64,000 bases of DNA from a bacterium (GTDB lineage Bacteria; Bacteroidota; Ignavibacteria; UBA10030). Where the stretch lies: assembly GCA_043803945.1 (NCBI GenBank), contig JAZDJN010000065.1, positions 1 to 64,000 of the forward strand, read 5' to 3'. Below the pieces are notes generated by a model. That model was not told the origin of the DNA, searched no databases, and saw nothing but the letters and a program-made list of their open reading frames with translations. Shown in pieces: positions 40,151-50,361 of this stretch (the stretch's first letter is position 1; every line of letters starts with the position of its first letter). Made by a program: the position numbers and the translations under genes.

Positions 40151-41788
40151 TTAAATATTGTATTGATCAGTAACATCCTTGTTTTGCTTGACCGAGAAGA
40201 CCTTGAATTCATCCATTGGCATTGCAGGATCAGAGATGAGTTTAATATCAATCAAGAAAAATGTCATCATCTTAATTCGCCGGCTGAAGAACCCTTGCGT
40301 AAGATAGGCAGCCGTCGCCGGGTTAACTTGGAGATGGATTCTCCCCTCCTTTGTTTCAGTCTTGAACCGTCGGATCCAGCGCTCGATCTGGTTCAGCGTG
40401 GTCGTGCGAGACTGAACCATACCCGTGCCTGCGCAATTCGGACACGCATCGCTGAAGCTCATTTGTATATTCTGGCGGATACGTTGACGGGTGATTTGCA
40501 TCAGGCCAAATTCCGTCATAGGAAGCACTGTCGCTTTGGCCCTATCCTTCTTCAGCTCCTTCTTCATTTCGTCGTAGACCTTTTTCCTATTTTTCTCGTC
40601 TTCAAGATCGATAAAGTCTATGACGATAATGCCGCCGATATCCCGGAGACGCAACTGTCGGGAAATCTCACGGGCTGCCTCAAGATCCGTTTTGAGTGAG
40701 TTTTGCTCCTGTTCTTTCTTTGCAGCGTACCGTCCGGAGTTCACATCGATGACTGTCATTGCTTCAGTCTTCTCGATGAAGATATATCCGCCGCTCTTGA
40801 GCCACACCTTACGGCTCATCAGATTCTGAATGTCTCTTTCAACGCCGTACTTATCGAAAACCGGTTCTTTTCCCTTGTAAAATTCTACACGATCCAGCAT
40901 ATCCGGCGACATCCACTGCACATAGGCTTTAATCTCGCGGAAGAGCTTTTTTTCGTCGACGACGACATGTTCAACCTTATCGCCAAATAAATCACGGATG
41001 ACACTGGATGTCGTTGTCATATCTTTGTAAACGAGTGCAGGCGGTTTTTCATTTTTAACTGCTTTTTCAATATTCCGCCAAACCTTAACCAGTTCCTCCA
41101 AATCCTGCTTGATCAAGGCTTCATCCTTGCCATCGGCAACGGTGCGAATGATAGCACCAAAGCCCTCTGGAATCATTGACCGAACAATCCGGCGCAAGCG
41201 TCGTTTTTCCTTGAAATCACTCATCTTCTTCGAAACACCGATCTTGCCATCAAATGGAAGCAAGACAAGAAAGCGACCCGGCAGAGAGATTTCTGAAGTG
41301 ACCCTAACTCCTTTTTTACCCACCGGCTCTTTTGTGATTTGGACCAGGATTTCATTACCCTTTTGCAGATTGATTTCGGGCCTGTACTGTTCCTCCCTCA
41401 TGGAATCGCGTCTGGCGGATCGTTGAGAAGTGTCTGTCTCATTATTGGAGGAATGGGCCCCTCTGCGGCCGGTTTCTTCGCGAAGTGCCGGTGTGCGAGG
41501 TGTTTCCTCACTCTCCTCATCATCATCCTCGTCATCGAACATTGCATTGTATTCAGAGAGAGAGGAACCGATATCTGAAAAATGGAGAAAGGCGTCTTGT
41601 TGAAGGCCTACATCGATAAATGCCGCGCGAATACCGGGCATGACCTTGGCTACTCTGCCAAGATAAATGTCACCAACCATCCGCTCCTTGCCTGGTGTTT
41701 CGACGAATAACTCCGCGAGTTTATCGTCCTCGAGAATGGCGATCCGGTGCTCGTTCGCCGTCGAATTGATAATGATATCTTTTTTCAT
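40151..41788 (-). CDS. Rne/Rng-family endoribonuclease
   Basis: S1 domain, IDVNSG, RLRDIGGIIVIDFID and CP.C.G.G motifs. Confidence 0.93.
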   Translation of the reverse strand: MKKDIIINSTANEHRIAILEDDKLAELFVETPGKERMVGDIYLGRVAKVMPGIRAAFIDVGLQQDAFLHFSDIGSSLSEYNAMFDDEDDDEESEETPRTPALREETGRRGAHSSNNETDTSQRSARRDSMREEQYRPEINLQKGNEILVQITKEPVGKKGVRVTSEISLPGRFLVLLPFDGKIGVSKKMSDFKEKRRLRRIVRSMIPEGFGAIIRTVADGKDEALIKQDLEELVKVWRNIEKAVKNEKPPALVYKDMTTTSSVIRDLFGDKVEHVVVDEKKLFREIKAYVQWMSPDMLDRVEFYKGKEPVFDKYGVERDIQNLMSRKVWLKSGGYIFIEKTEAMTVIDVNSGRYAAKKEQEQNSLKTDLEAAREISRQLRLRDIGGIIVIDFIDLEDEKNRKKVYDEMKKELKKDRAKATVLPMTEFGLMQITRQRIRQNIQMSFSDACPNCAGTGMVQSRTTTLNQIERWIRRFKTETKEGRIHLQVNPATAAYLTQGFFSRRIKMMTFFLIDIKLISDPAMPMDEFKVFSVKQNKDVTDQYNI

Positions 41789-42139
41789 AGGGTAATTTCA
41801 TCCACCTCACCCACTGCTTTGCATCGAAGATGTCGTTTGCATCGGACGGAAGTGGACAGTTCCCAGATATGAACGGCAACACGCCGGAGGGAGACACTCG
41901 TGTGAAGAGATATCCAGATCGACCAATGCTTTGTGCAGCAAGAGCGCTATGATTATCATGGGGAACGGAGCGCAACTGCACCAAACCAGTGGAAAAGAAG
42001 AATCTAATAAGTTGGAAAATGGAGAACATTTATTATGGTGTGCGTTTATCCTCTCGATTCATCGAGATGGAAAGCCAGCACGCTGGGCTAAGAGTGAGAT
42101 TCCGAGGTCAGCCTTTTATTGGCTGACTAAAAAAAAATA

Positions 42140-42241
42140 GAGGTCAAGCGACCCTGTGTCACACAAAACTCTTTGCCGACCGTTGCTTCCTTCCGGACCT
42201 GGCGGGGTTGAGCAACGCCTTGTTGCACAGGACTTGACCTC
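42140..42241 (-). ncRNA. ffs: Small bacterial SRP RNA (4.5S)
   Basis: Minus strand has CCAGGTCCGGAAGGAAGCAACGG (helix 8) enclosed by a GAGGTCAAG/CTTGACCTC stem and followed by a T-run. Confidence 0.92.
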
Positions 42242-42415
42242 ATTGAAAAAAGGAAACCAATTGAAAAATTTGATAGATGTAAACAAAATTCTAGTGTTTC
42301 TCTCTTAATTTATTACAATTTCTCCAAGAGATTCGAGTTTTTTTACTCAAAACTCTGAATTATTCACTGTGCGATATTGATGAATACTTGCCGCACATGG
42401 ATAAACCAACTTTTG

Positions 42416-42534
42416 TGGAGCTGATCGGGATCCCCGCCTGCCTGACTGCGTCAGCAGTCGGGCAGGTCCGCCAGAGGCGAATGCGCCTTCCGCCAAAAAG
42501 ACGGTGGACAAGTCGGCGCAGAACCGATGACATC
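42416..42534 (-). pseudogene. 3' half of a second tRNA-Ala interrupted in the T-loop by an 88-bp GC-rich insert
   Basis: Removing 42433-42520 gives GTCATCGGTTCGATCCCGATCAGCTCCA: a perfect T-arm plus the Ala acceptor strand. Confidence 0.7.
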
Positions 42535-42541
42535 CTTCAAG

Positions 42542-42614
42542 TGGAGCTGAGGAGGCTCGAACTCCCGACCTCTTCGTTGCGAACGAAGCGCTCTCCCAAC
42601 TGAGCTACAGCCCC
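42542..42614 (-). tRNA. tRNA-Ala(CGC)
   Basis: GGGGCTG/CAGCTCC acceptor stem with G3:U70, anticodon arm CTTCG-TTCGCAA-CGAAG, TTCGA T-loop. Confidence 0.95.
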
Positions 42615-43128
42615 TAAAAGAACCGTACATCATCAACCACAACGACACAAAGAGAAATGGTAAGGGTTTTTAAAATCAATCCCTTACATATTTGTAATTT
42701 TTGTGTCTTCGTGGTGAATTTTCCTGCAATAAGATACGAAACATTGACTTACGAGGCAATACGAATTTGCTACAAGGGCAACCAGCAAATCCAAAGAGAC
42801 TTCGGATATACCGAATCCAGAAACAATCAGAATGGAGATGATCTAAGGAACAATCTCCGACTTTATAGCTCCCCGCTTTCCAGTGTCCACGGTGAACCGT
42901 TTACCGTGAACCGAACCTCCCCATTGCTTTTCCCCCCGCATTCATCTACACTTCTACCGAATTGCTGAACAGAGGAGAGTGAAACCAGCAACAATAAATC
43001 CGTGGGGCGTGAAATCAGCGTACGTCAAACGGGTTTTTTGCTATTCACAATAGATAAATTTTTGCATTCTGGATTAGACGAGATTAGAGCTTATTTAAGA
43101 AAACTGGGACATTGGCGATGGTTAGAAG

Positions 43129-43837
43129 ATGACCGAATATCACGCGAAATACTTTGCCTACGAACTTACCCGCCGAATTGCATCGGATTCAATAGAAAAA
43201 CTTGCGCGATCTCTTTCCGATACCCAGGTTGATCACAACCCTCATCAAGTTGAAGCAGCACTGTTTGCATTCAGGTCGCCTTTATCAAAAGGTGCTCTAT
43301 TGGCAGATGAAGGTGGACTCGGCAAAACAATTGAAGCTGGTATTGTACTCTCTCAAAAGTGGGCTGAACGAAAGAGAAAAATTCTTATAATTGTTCCTGC
43401 TAACCTTCGAAAACAGTGGAATCAATAATTTCTCGATAAATTCTTTCTTCCATCGATTATTCTTGAGACTAAATCATTATACGCGTCTCGCCAATGAGGA
43501 GGATTTCAAATCATTAAAGGAGCGATTGAAACCAATCTGCCAGCGAACACTCCGCAAAAAGGTTCGTGAATATATCAAGTTCACAAATCGTATACCGATT
43601 ACACAGGAGTTTTATCCTACCCAGGAAGAGCAACGTCTGTACGATATGGTAAGTGGATATTTACAGCGTGAAATAAAAGAAATGGAAAAAAAGAGGACAA
43701 TATTACGGCACGACCTCTTTCGTGCGCAGGATGAAGTTGATATGAAGAAAGAAGAGTTGATCAGCAAGATTGAGATTCAATTAAAACAAAAGGTTGAAAT
43801 AAACGATCTATTTACAATTAGATGGCAAATGCACTAA
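43129..43837 (+). pseudogene. SNF2-family helicase remnant (nonsense mutation and two large internal deletions)
   Basis: [15 protein letters not shown] and VPANL..QW, then TAA; a short central fragment joined to the C-terminal LFTIRW tail. Confidence 0.8.
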
Positions 43838-43966
43838 CGTTCGATGGCGGATACTTTATGGCAGAAGCAGCAATTATTCATCCGAAATGTAGAAGCTTGA
43901 TTACGCTTCTATAAGCCCCCACCCGCATTATTTGGATTTGAGGATTCTATTTAATTATTAAAATCG

Positions 43967-43983
43967 TTTACATTTATTGTAAA
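43967..43983. promoter_or_regulatory. Putative TA operator palindrome TTTACA-N5-TGTAAA
   Basis: Perfect 6-bp inverted repeat just upstream of the toxin start codon. Confidence 0.4.
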
Positions 43984-43997
43984 TAGTTTTATATTAT

Positions 43998-44330
43998 ATG
44001 GAAATCGTCTACAAATCTCGAAAACTCGAAAAATCTCTCACCAGTCCGAAAGAGATGAATAAAACCTACGGAATTCGAGCGAAGAAAGTAAGCCAAAGAT
44101 TGAAAGAACTTAAAGCGGGGTCAACTCTTGCTGTCATGAAAACCATTCCGGCTGCAAATTGCCATCCATTGAGTGCTGATCGAGAAGATCAGTTTGCGGT
44201 GGATGTCTCCGCAAATTTCAGGATGATTATTGAACCGTATCATGATCCGCTTCCCCGAAAAGAAGATGGAAGCCTGGATTGCGATAACGTCACTTCGATA
44301 AAAATTCTTGAAGTAACAGATTATCATTGA
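43998..44330 (+). CDS. higB: HigB/RelE-like toxin (killer-suppression type)
   Basis: K.YG...AKK...RL..L, CHPL..DR..QFAVD....FR and I.EV.DYH C-terminus; toxin-first gene order. Confidence 0.75.
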   Translation: MEIVYKSRKLEKSLTSPKEMNKTYGIRAKKVSQRLKELKAGSTLAVMKTIPAANCHPLSADREDQFAVDVSANFRMIIEPYHDPLPRKEDGSLDCDNVTSIKILEVTDYH

Positions 44331-44338
44331 GGAAGACT

Positions 44339-45430
44339 ATGACTGGTACAACCATATTAAAGCGAAAACTTCTTTCTCCCCCAGGCGATACTATCCAGGA
44401 AACGATTGATACCATTGGTATGAGTCAATATGAACTCGCTGAGAGAATGGGAAAGAATAAGAAGAACATCAATCAGATTATCAAAGGAAAAGAACCGATA
44501 ACACAAAACACCTCTATTCAATTGGAGCGTGTTCTTGGTATTCCGGCAAGTTTTTGGATTGAACGGGAAAAAGAGTATCGAAGAGAACTGACTCAGATTG
44601 AATCAGAAGAAACTCTTGTCAACGATATGCACTGGCTTGATGAATTTCCACTGGCTGCCATGAAAAAACTTCAATGGATCACTCCAACAAAAAACAAAGT
44701 CTCGTTATTGAAAGAAATGTTGATGTTCTTCGGTATCGCCTCTCCACGCCAATGGAAAGAAATCTATATTGATCGATCGTTAACCGTATCGTTCCGAGTG
44801 TCACTTGCTCACACGAACAACCCCGGGGCCATGTCTGCATGGTTGCGAAAAGGAGAATTACAGGCGCAGGAGCTGAAACCGAAAGAGTATGAGAGAAAAC
44901 GTTTTGTGAATGTTCTGAAAGAATTAAAGACGCTTATCCAGACTCCACCAGAAGAATTTAAAGAAAAATTGCAAGCAGCATGCAGTGAGGCGGGTGTAGC
45001 AGTAGTCTTCACTCCATGTTTGCCTAAAGCTCCCATTAGTGGAGCATCACGATGGATTATGAATTCAACAGTACCTCTTATCCAATTGTCGTGCAGATAC
45101 AAGACAAATGATATCTTTTGGTTCACGTTTTTCCATGAGGCGGGACATATTCTTAAACATGGAAAGAAGGAAGTATTTTTGGAGAAAGTGGAAGGGACGA
45201 AGACCGATAAGAAAAAAGAAAAAGCTGCGGATAGATTTGCGTCTGAAGCATTGTTTCCTGCCAAAGCGTATAAGAAGCTCAAATTGGAATCCTCAATCAC
45301 CGACCGAGTCATTCGTTCATATGCTGAAGAATATGACACTCACCCGGCTATCATCGCTGGCAGGTTGGAGCATGACGGACTCGTACCGCGATCATTATTT
45401 CATCATCTGAAGGTTTCTGTTTCAATCTGA
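44339..45430 (+). CDS. higA: HigA-type HTH antitoxin fused to an ImmA/IrrE metallopeptidase
   Basis: PPG..I.E, MSQ.ELA.R.G HTH; FWFTFFHEAGH (HExxH). Confidence 0.85.
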   Translation: MTGTTILKRKLLSPPGDTIQETIDTIGMSQYELAERMGKNKKNINQIIKGKEPITQNTSIQLERVLGIPASFWIEREKEYRRELTQIESEETLVNDMHWLDEFPLAAMKKLQWITPTKNKVSLLKEMLMFFGIASPRQWKEIYIDRSLTVSFRVSLAHTNNPGAMSAWLRKGELQAQELKPKEYERKRFVNVLKELKTLIQTPPEEFKEKLQAACSEAGVAVVFTPCLPKAPISGASRWIMNSTVPLIQLSCRYKTNDIFWFTFFHEAGHILKHGKKEVFLEKVEGTKTDKKKEKAADRFASEALFPAKAYKKLKLESSITDRVIRSYAEEYDTHPAIIAGRLEHDGLVPRSLFHHLKVSVSI

Positions 45431-45471
45431 AGTATTTTGCTGCAATTCGCCTAACAACTACAGAGGCAAGT

Positions 45472-46746
45472 ATGGCAGAACCCACCATCATCTGTCCAAA
45501 ATGTAAAACTCAAATCAAGCTTACAGAATCACTCGCAGCTCCCCTTCTCGAAGCAACTCGAAAGGACTTTGAACAGCTATTGGCCGATAAGGATGAATCC
45601 ATCGCCAAAAAAGAAAAGTCACTTCACAGACGAGAAGAAGCTCTCATAAAAGAACGGGAAACTCTCGAGACAACCGTAGAGGATAGGCTGAAATCCGAGC
45701 AAGCTCGAATTGCCAAAGAAGAGGCAAGAAAAGCAAAGCTGGCGTTGGCAACCGACCTTGAGGAGAAAGACAAGAAAGTATCTGAGTTAGAACAAACTTT
45801 AAAGAAAAGAGATGAAAAACTCGCTGAAGCACAAAAGGCACAAGCAGACTTATTGAAGATGCAGCGAGAATTCGAAGACGCAAAACGTGAAATTGACCTG
45901 ACTATCGAGAAACGTGTTCAGGAAAGTATTGGTGCGGCACGCGACCAAGCCCTTAAACAGGCAGAAGAGCAGCTAAAGTTCAAAGTGATGGAGAAGGAGC
46001 AGACCATTGCCGCTATGCAGAAACAGATTGAGGAATTGAAACGGAGGGGAGAGCAGGGTTCGCAGCAACTGCAGGGCGAGGTTCAAGAATTGGAATTGGA
46101 AAACATATTACGATCAAAATTCCCACACGATATCATTGAACCGGTTCCAAAAGGTGAGTACGGCGGAGATGTATTGCAAAGAGTTGTGAATCCATTGGGA
46201 CAACGATGCGGAACGATTATATGGGAGTCGAAGCGCACAAAAGCCTGGAGCGATACCTGGTTGCCCAAACTTCGGGAGGATCAGCGAAGCGCAAAAGCTG
46301 AAACCGCGGTAATTGTTTCCCAGGTGTTGCCAAAAGATATAGATCCATTTGGTTTGGTTGACGGTGTATGGGTAACCAACCCGAAATCTGCGATACCGGT
46401 TGCCGTTCTTCTCCGCCAGGCAATGTTTGAGGTCACTGCTGCACATGTTGCCTCTGAAGGGCAGCAAACCAAGATGGAAATGGTCTATCAATATTTGACA
46501 GGGCCAAGATTTCGCCAACGAGTACAAGCCATTGTTGAATCCTTTTCTTCAATGCAGGAAGACCTCGACAAAGAAAAGAAAGCGATACTCAAACAATGGG
46601 CAAAACGGGAAGAGCAGATCGACCGGGTAATGCAGTCAACCATTGGTATGTATGGAGACATGCAGGGTATCGCCGGTAAATCTCTTCAAGAAATTGAGGG
46701 CTTGGAACTTCATGCCTTAGAAGCTCCTGCGAAATCTGATGAATAA
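45472..46746 (+). CDS. DUF2130-family coiled-coil protein with nuclease-like C-domain
   Basis: I.CP.C, long coiled coil, GSQQLQGEVQE, GGD and IIWESKRTK motifs. Confidence 0.8.
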   Translation: MAEPTIICPKCKTQIKLTESLAAPLLEATRKDFEQLLADKDESIAKKEKSLHRREEALIKERETLETTVEDRLKSEQARIAKEEARKAKLALATDLEEKDKKVSELEQTLKKRDEKLAEAQKAQADLLKMQREFEDAKREIDLTIEKRVQESIGAARDQALKQAEEQLKFKVMEKEQTIAAMQKQIEELKRRGEQGSQQLQGEVQELELENILRSKFPHDIIEPVPKGEYGGDVLQRVVNPLGQRCGTIIWESKRTKAWSDTWLPKLREDQRSAKAETAVIVSQVLPKDIDPFGLVDGVWVTNPKSAIPVAVLLRQAMFEVTAAHVASEGQQTKMEMVYQYLTGPRFRQRVQAIVESFSSMQEDLDKEKKAILKQWAKREEQIDRVMQSTIGMYGDMQGIAGKSLQEIEGLELHALEAPAKSDE

Positions 46747-46866
46747 TAGATCCTGAATCTATTAAAGCTGCCGTGGAGAATCTCAGACGACAAAGCCGAT
46801 TAACGAAGCCTAAAGGATGAACACCCACAAACCTAAACCAATATATTTTTTTAACTGGAAGCTTGT

Positions 46867-47574
46867 ATGAGACAAGAGTTTAATATCTACTGCGATGAAA
46901 GCTGCCATCTTGAGCATGACCACCAGAAGTCGATGGTGCTGGGAGCGCTTTGGTGCCCGAAGGCGAAATCTCAGGAAGCTTTTGAGCGTATTCGTGAAAT
47001 TAAAGAAAAATATCGTTTACCGCGCACATTTGAAATCAAATGGAATAAGGTTTCGCCTGCCCAGGTGGCATTCTATTCGGAGCTGATTGATTTTTTCTTT
47101 GACGATGATCACCTGCATTTCCGTGCATTGGTTGTGCCCGATAAATCAATTCTAGATCACAGTAGCCATGGACAATCGCACGACGAATTCTACTATAAAA
47201 TGTACTTCGATTTGTTGAAGGTCATCTTTGATCCGCGTGATGGGTACAACATTTATTTGGATATGAAAGACACACGAAGTCAGGATAAAATTAAAAAGCT
47301 TCACAAAATACTAGAAGTAAGTAATTATGATTTCTCACGACAGATTATACGGAAAATCCAGCATGTTCTCTCACACGAAGTAGAGCTTCTTCAAATTGTA
47401 GATTTATTATCCGGTGCAGTTTCATATGTCCATCGAGGATTGCAGACAAGCGAGGCAAAGGCCCAATTGATCGAAAAGATTCGGCATCGTTCGAGGTATT
47501 CTCTGCTTAATACAACACTGTACCGAGAATCGAAAATGAATATTTTTGTTTGGAAACCAAGAGCATCGAAATAG
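46867..47574 (+). CDS. DUF3800-domain protein
   Basis: N-terminal YCDES, E(I)KW and C-terminal LQIVDLL.GA motifs. Confidence 0.8.
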   Translation: MRQEFNIYCDESCHLEHDHQKSMVLGALWCPKAKSQEAFERIREIKEKYRLPRTFEIKWNKVSPAQVAFYSELIDFFFDDDHLHFRALVVPDKSILDHSSHGQSHDEFYYKMYFDLLKVIFDPRDGYNIYLDMKDTRSQDKIKKLHKILEVSNYDFSRQIIRKIQHVLSHEVELLQIVDLLSGAVSYVHRGLQTSEAKAQLIEKIRHRSRYSLLNTTLYRESKMNIFVWKPRASK

Positions 47575-47576
47575 GG

Positions 47577-48101
47577 ATGAATGAAATGCCAGTAACACTC
47601 CCGGAGTTGATACGGTTAGATGAATATGGTGGTGATGGGGCTGCGTTTATCGAAGCGGTCTATCAAGTATTTCGTAATGATTTTGTCTTGTCAAAACCAT
47701 CATTTCGGCGGCGCAATATCGGACTGAAGAGGCTCCCGATTGTTGATGGAAAGATATGCACTTTTTATCATATTACGCATGAAGGAGAAGATGAACAGAA
47801 TCGCACACCGGACATCCGCCGTTGTGAGCGCATACGATGGCTAAAGTCGGTAATCGAAAGATGCGATGAGTGGGGCCTGAAAGTGTGGGAACAGATACGG
47901 AAGAGTGAAGCTCGAATTTGCATTTGGCTGGAACGGGATGAAGAACCGGATTATGTCGTCATCCTTGCAGATCGAAAAACCTATGTGCTGTTATGGACAA
48001 CATTTGTGTTAACTCGGGATCATGAAAAGAATAAAAAACAGAAAGAATATGATGCCTATAAAAAGGCTGAAGCCGCCAAGCAAGGCTTAACGGCTTCGTA
48101 A
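47577..48101 (+). CDS. Hypothetical protein coupled to the DUF3800 gene
   Basis: Starts 2 nt after the DUF3800 stop; F.H...EG, RCERI.W and YVVIL..R..Y.LL.T.F. Confidence 0.65.
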   Translation: MNEMPVTLPELIRLDEYGGDGAAFIEAVYQVFRNDFVLSKPSFRRRNIGLKRLPIVDGKICTFYHITHEGEDEQNRTPDIRRCERIRWLKSVIERCDEWGLKVWEQIRKSEARICIWLERDEEPDYVVILADRKTYVLLWTTFVLTRDHEKNKKQKEYDAYKKAEAAKQGLTAS

Positions 48102-48128
48102 CTCCTTCAACACATGGTTGATGAGCTT
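48061..48128 (+). ncRNA. Candidate structured RNA/ssDNA motif (DUF3800-associated type)
   Basis: Hairpins GAAGCCG/CGGCTTC and TCAAC/GTTGA enclosed by AGGCT/AGCTT; overlaps the partner gene stop. Confidence 0.5.
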
Positions 48129-48196
48129 AAATTCTTTGTTTGGATTGGTATATAAGTAAGCAAGTTTCTTATGAATGTCAATAGGAGTAGAAAAGC

Positions 48197-48499
48197 GAAC
48201 ACAGATGACACAGAAAAAACGAGATTTTCACAGATAAATAAATCTGTGTAGATCAGTACAATCAGTGTCATCAGTGTTCCAATATTAAAGCGAACGCAGA
48301 TAACACTGAAAAGCACGAGATAATCACGGATTATTATCGGTGTAAATCTGTTCAATCAGTGTAATCAGTGTTCCAATATTAAAGCGAACACAGATAACAC
48401 AGAAAAACACGAGATAATCACTGATCTGTCTAAATCAGTTCGATCAGCCTGCCCGACTTGCCTGCGGCAAGCAGGCGCAGGCGGGTGTCATCAGTGTTC
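48197..48499. repeat. Three tandem ~94-bp hairpin units GAACACAGATGACAC...GTGTCATCAGTGTTC
   Basis: Units start at 48197, 48292 and 48386; the third carries a 38-bp GC-rich insert. Confidence 0.85.
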
Positions 48500-48514
48500 C
48501 ATTAAAAGGAAATT

Positions 48515-50160
48515 ATGAACAATAAGCAAAAATTAGAGTTGACCTGGATTGGCAAAGGCGATCAGCCCAAGCTTGAGCCGCGCATTCTCATAGAAGATCC
48601 AACAAAAAGCTACGGCGATAAGAATGCTGAGAATATGCTCATTTACGGCGACAACCTTCTTGCTCTAAAAGCTCTTGAGCAGGATTTCGCCGGTAAGCTC
48701 AAGTGTATCTATATCGATCCACCATATAATACAGGAAATGCCTTTGATCATTATGACGATAGTTTAGAACATTCAATTTGGTTAAATCTAATGAAGCCGC
48801 GTATCAAGTTGCTTCATTCCCTTTTAAGAAAAGATGGTTCGATTTGGATTTCTATTGATGATGATGAATGCCATTACCTGAAAGTTCTTTGTGATGAGGT
48901 ATTTAGCAGAAAAAATTTTGTAGCAAATGTAGTTTGGCAGAAACGCACATCACCCGATATGAGAGCAACTCTTGGCGCGGGACACGATCACATTTTAGTG
49001 TATGCAAAGGATCTCCCAACATTTAAAGATACAATAAAGTCACTCGAAAAAAATGAGAAACAAAAGGCTGCATATAAAAATCCCGATAATGATCCTCGGG
49101 GGCCTTGGGTTTCATCAGATTTTTCAGCCCAAGGCTATCGACCAAATCAAATGTATAAGATTACTACGCCAGGCGGAAAGATATACTCCCCCCTGAAGGT
49201 AGGTGTTGGAAAAACGTAGAATCTGTTTATAAAAAGCTTGTTCATGATGGAAGAATGTGGTTCGGCACTGATGGTAATGGTGTTCCACGAAGAAAGACTT
49301 ATCTAAACACATCTGAAGGTCAAACAGCTTGGACATGGTGGACGAATGCAGAGGTAGGTCATAATCAAGAGGCTAAGAAGGAAATTATTGCTTTGTTTGG
49401 TACGGGTAATATATTTGACACCCCAAAACCTGAGAGATTGATTAAGCGCATTATCGATCTCACTAGCGACGAAGAAGAATGGGTTCTTGACTCTTTTTTA
49501 GGATCCGGCACAAGTACAGCCGTAGCCCACAAGATGAACCGCAAATGGATAGGTATTGAGCTTGGAGATCATTGTCACACTCATAGTATCCCACGCCTGC
49601 AAAAAGTGCGCAATGGAACAGATCAAGGTGGTATTAGCGAAACGCATAACTGGAAAGGTGGTGGAGGTTTTAAGTATTACTATCTGGCACCGTCGCTTCT
49701 TAAGCAAGACAACCGCGGCAACTGGATTATCAGCAAAGAATACAACGCCGCGCAGCTTGCCGCCGCAATGGCAAAACACGAGGGCTTCCGCTTCATGCCG
49801 GATGAAACGTATTATTGGAAGCAGGGCAAGTCCACAGAAAAAGATTTTATCTTCACGACCACCAACTTTGTTTCAGTGGAGTTTATCGACACGATCCACG
49901 GCGAGATGAAAAGCGATGAGAGTCTTCTTATCTGCTGCACCTCCTTCAGTAAAGCTGCCGACAAATATCCGAACATCACCATAAAGAAAATTCCCAAAAT
50001 GCTTCTTGGCAGGTGCGAATTCGGGAAGGAAGATTACAGTCTCAATATTGTCAACCTGCCGCGTGAGAACGATGAACCGGATTTTATCCCAACCGGTCCA
50101 ATTGCCTCCAACAAATCGAAAGAGAAGAAGAAATATAATAATCAGCAAAAGCTATTTTGA
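48515..50160 (+). pseudogene. mod: Type III R-M methyltransferase subunit, frameshifted at C6 (49188-49193)
   Basis: IYIDPPY in the first part, FDTPKPE and DSFLGSGT in the second. One extra C restores ...YSPPEGRCWKNVES...GRMWFG. Confidence 0.85.
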
Positions 50161-50169
50161 AAAGAAATC

Positions 50170-50344
50170 GAACACAGATCACACAGAAAAAAGTGATCTT
50201 CACAGATAAATAAATCTGTGTAGATCAGTACAATCAGTGTCATCAGTGTTCCGATGGATAGAACACAGATGACACAGAAAGACACAAGATGGTCGCTGAT
50301 AATGTAATCAGTGTAAATCTGTTTCTTCAGTGTACTCTGTGTTC
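50170..50344. repeat. Two more hairpin units of the GAACACAGAT family
   Basis: Units at 50170-50251 and 50261-50344. Confidence 0.85.
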
Positions 50345-50361
50345 CAATAGAAGAGGTAAGT

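Noticed and set aside
41789-42130. Riboswitch or ncRNA in the long rne/rng leader
   Set aside because: Only a short TTTGCATCG direct repeat and a small hairpin are visible; no recognisable family motif.
48197-48499. CRISPR array
   Set aside because: The units are ~94-bp self-complementary hairpins with similar interiors rather than repeats with unique spacers, and there are no cas genes in the window.
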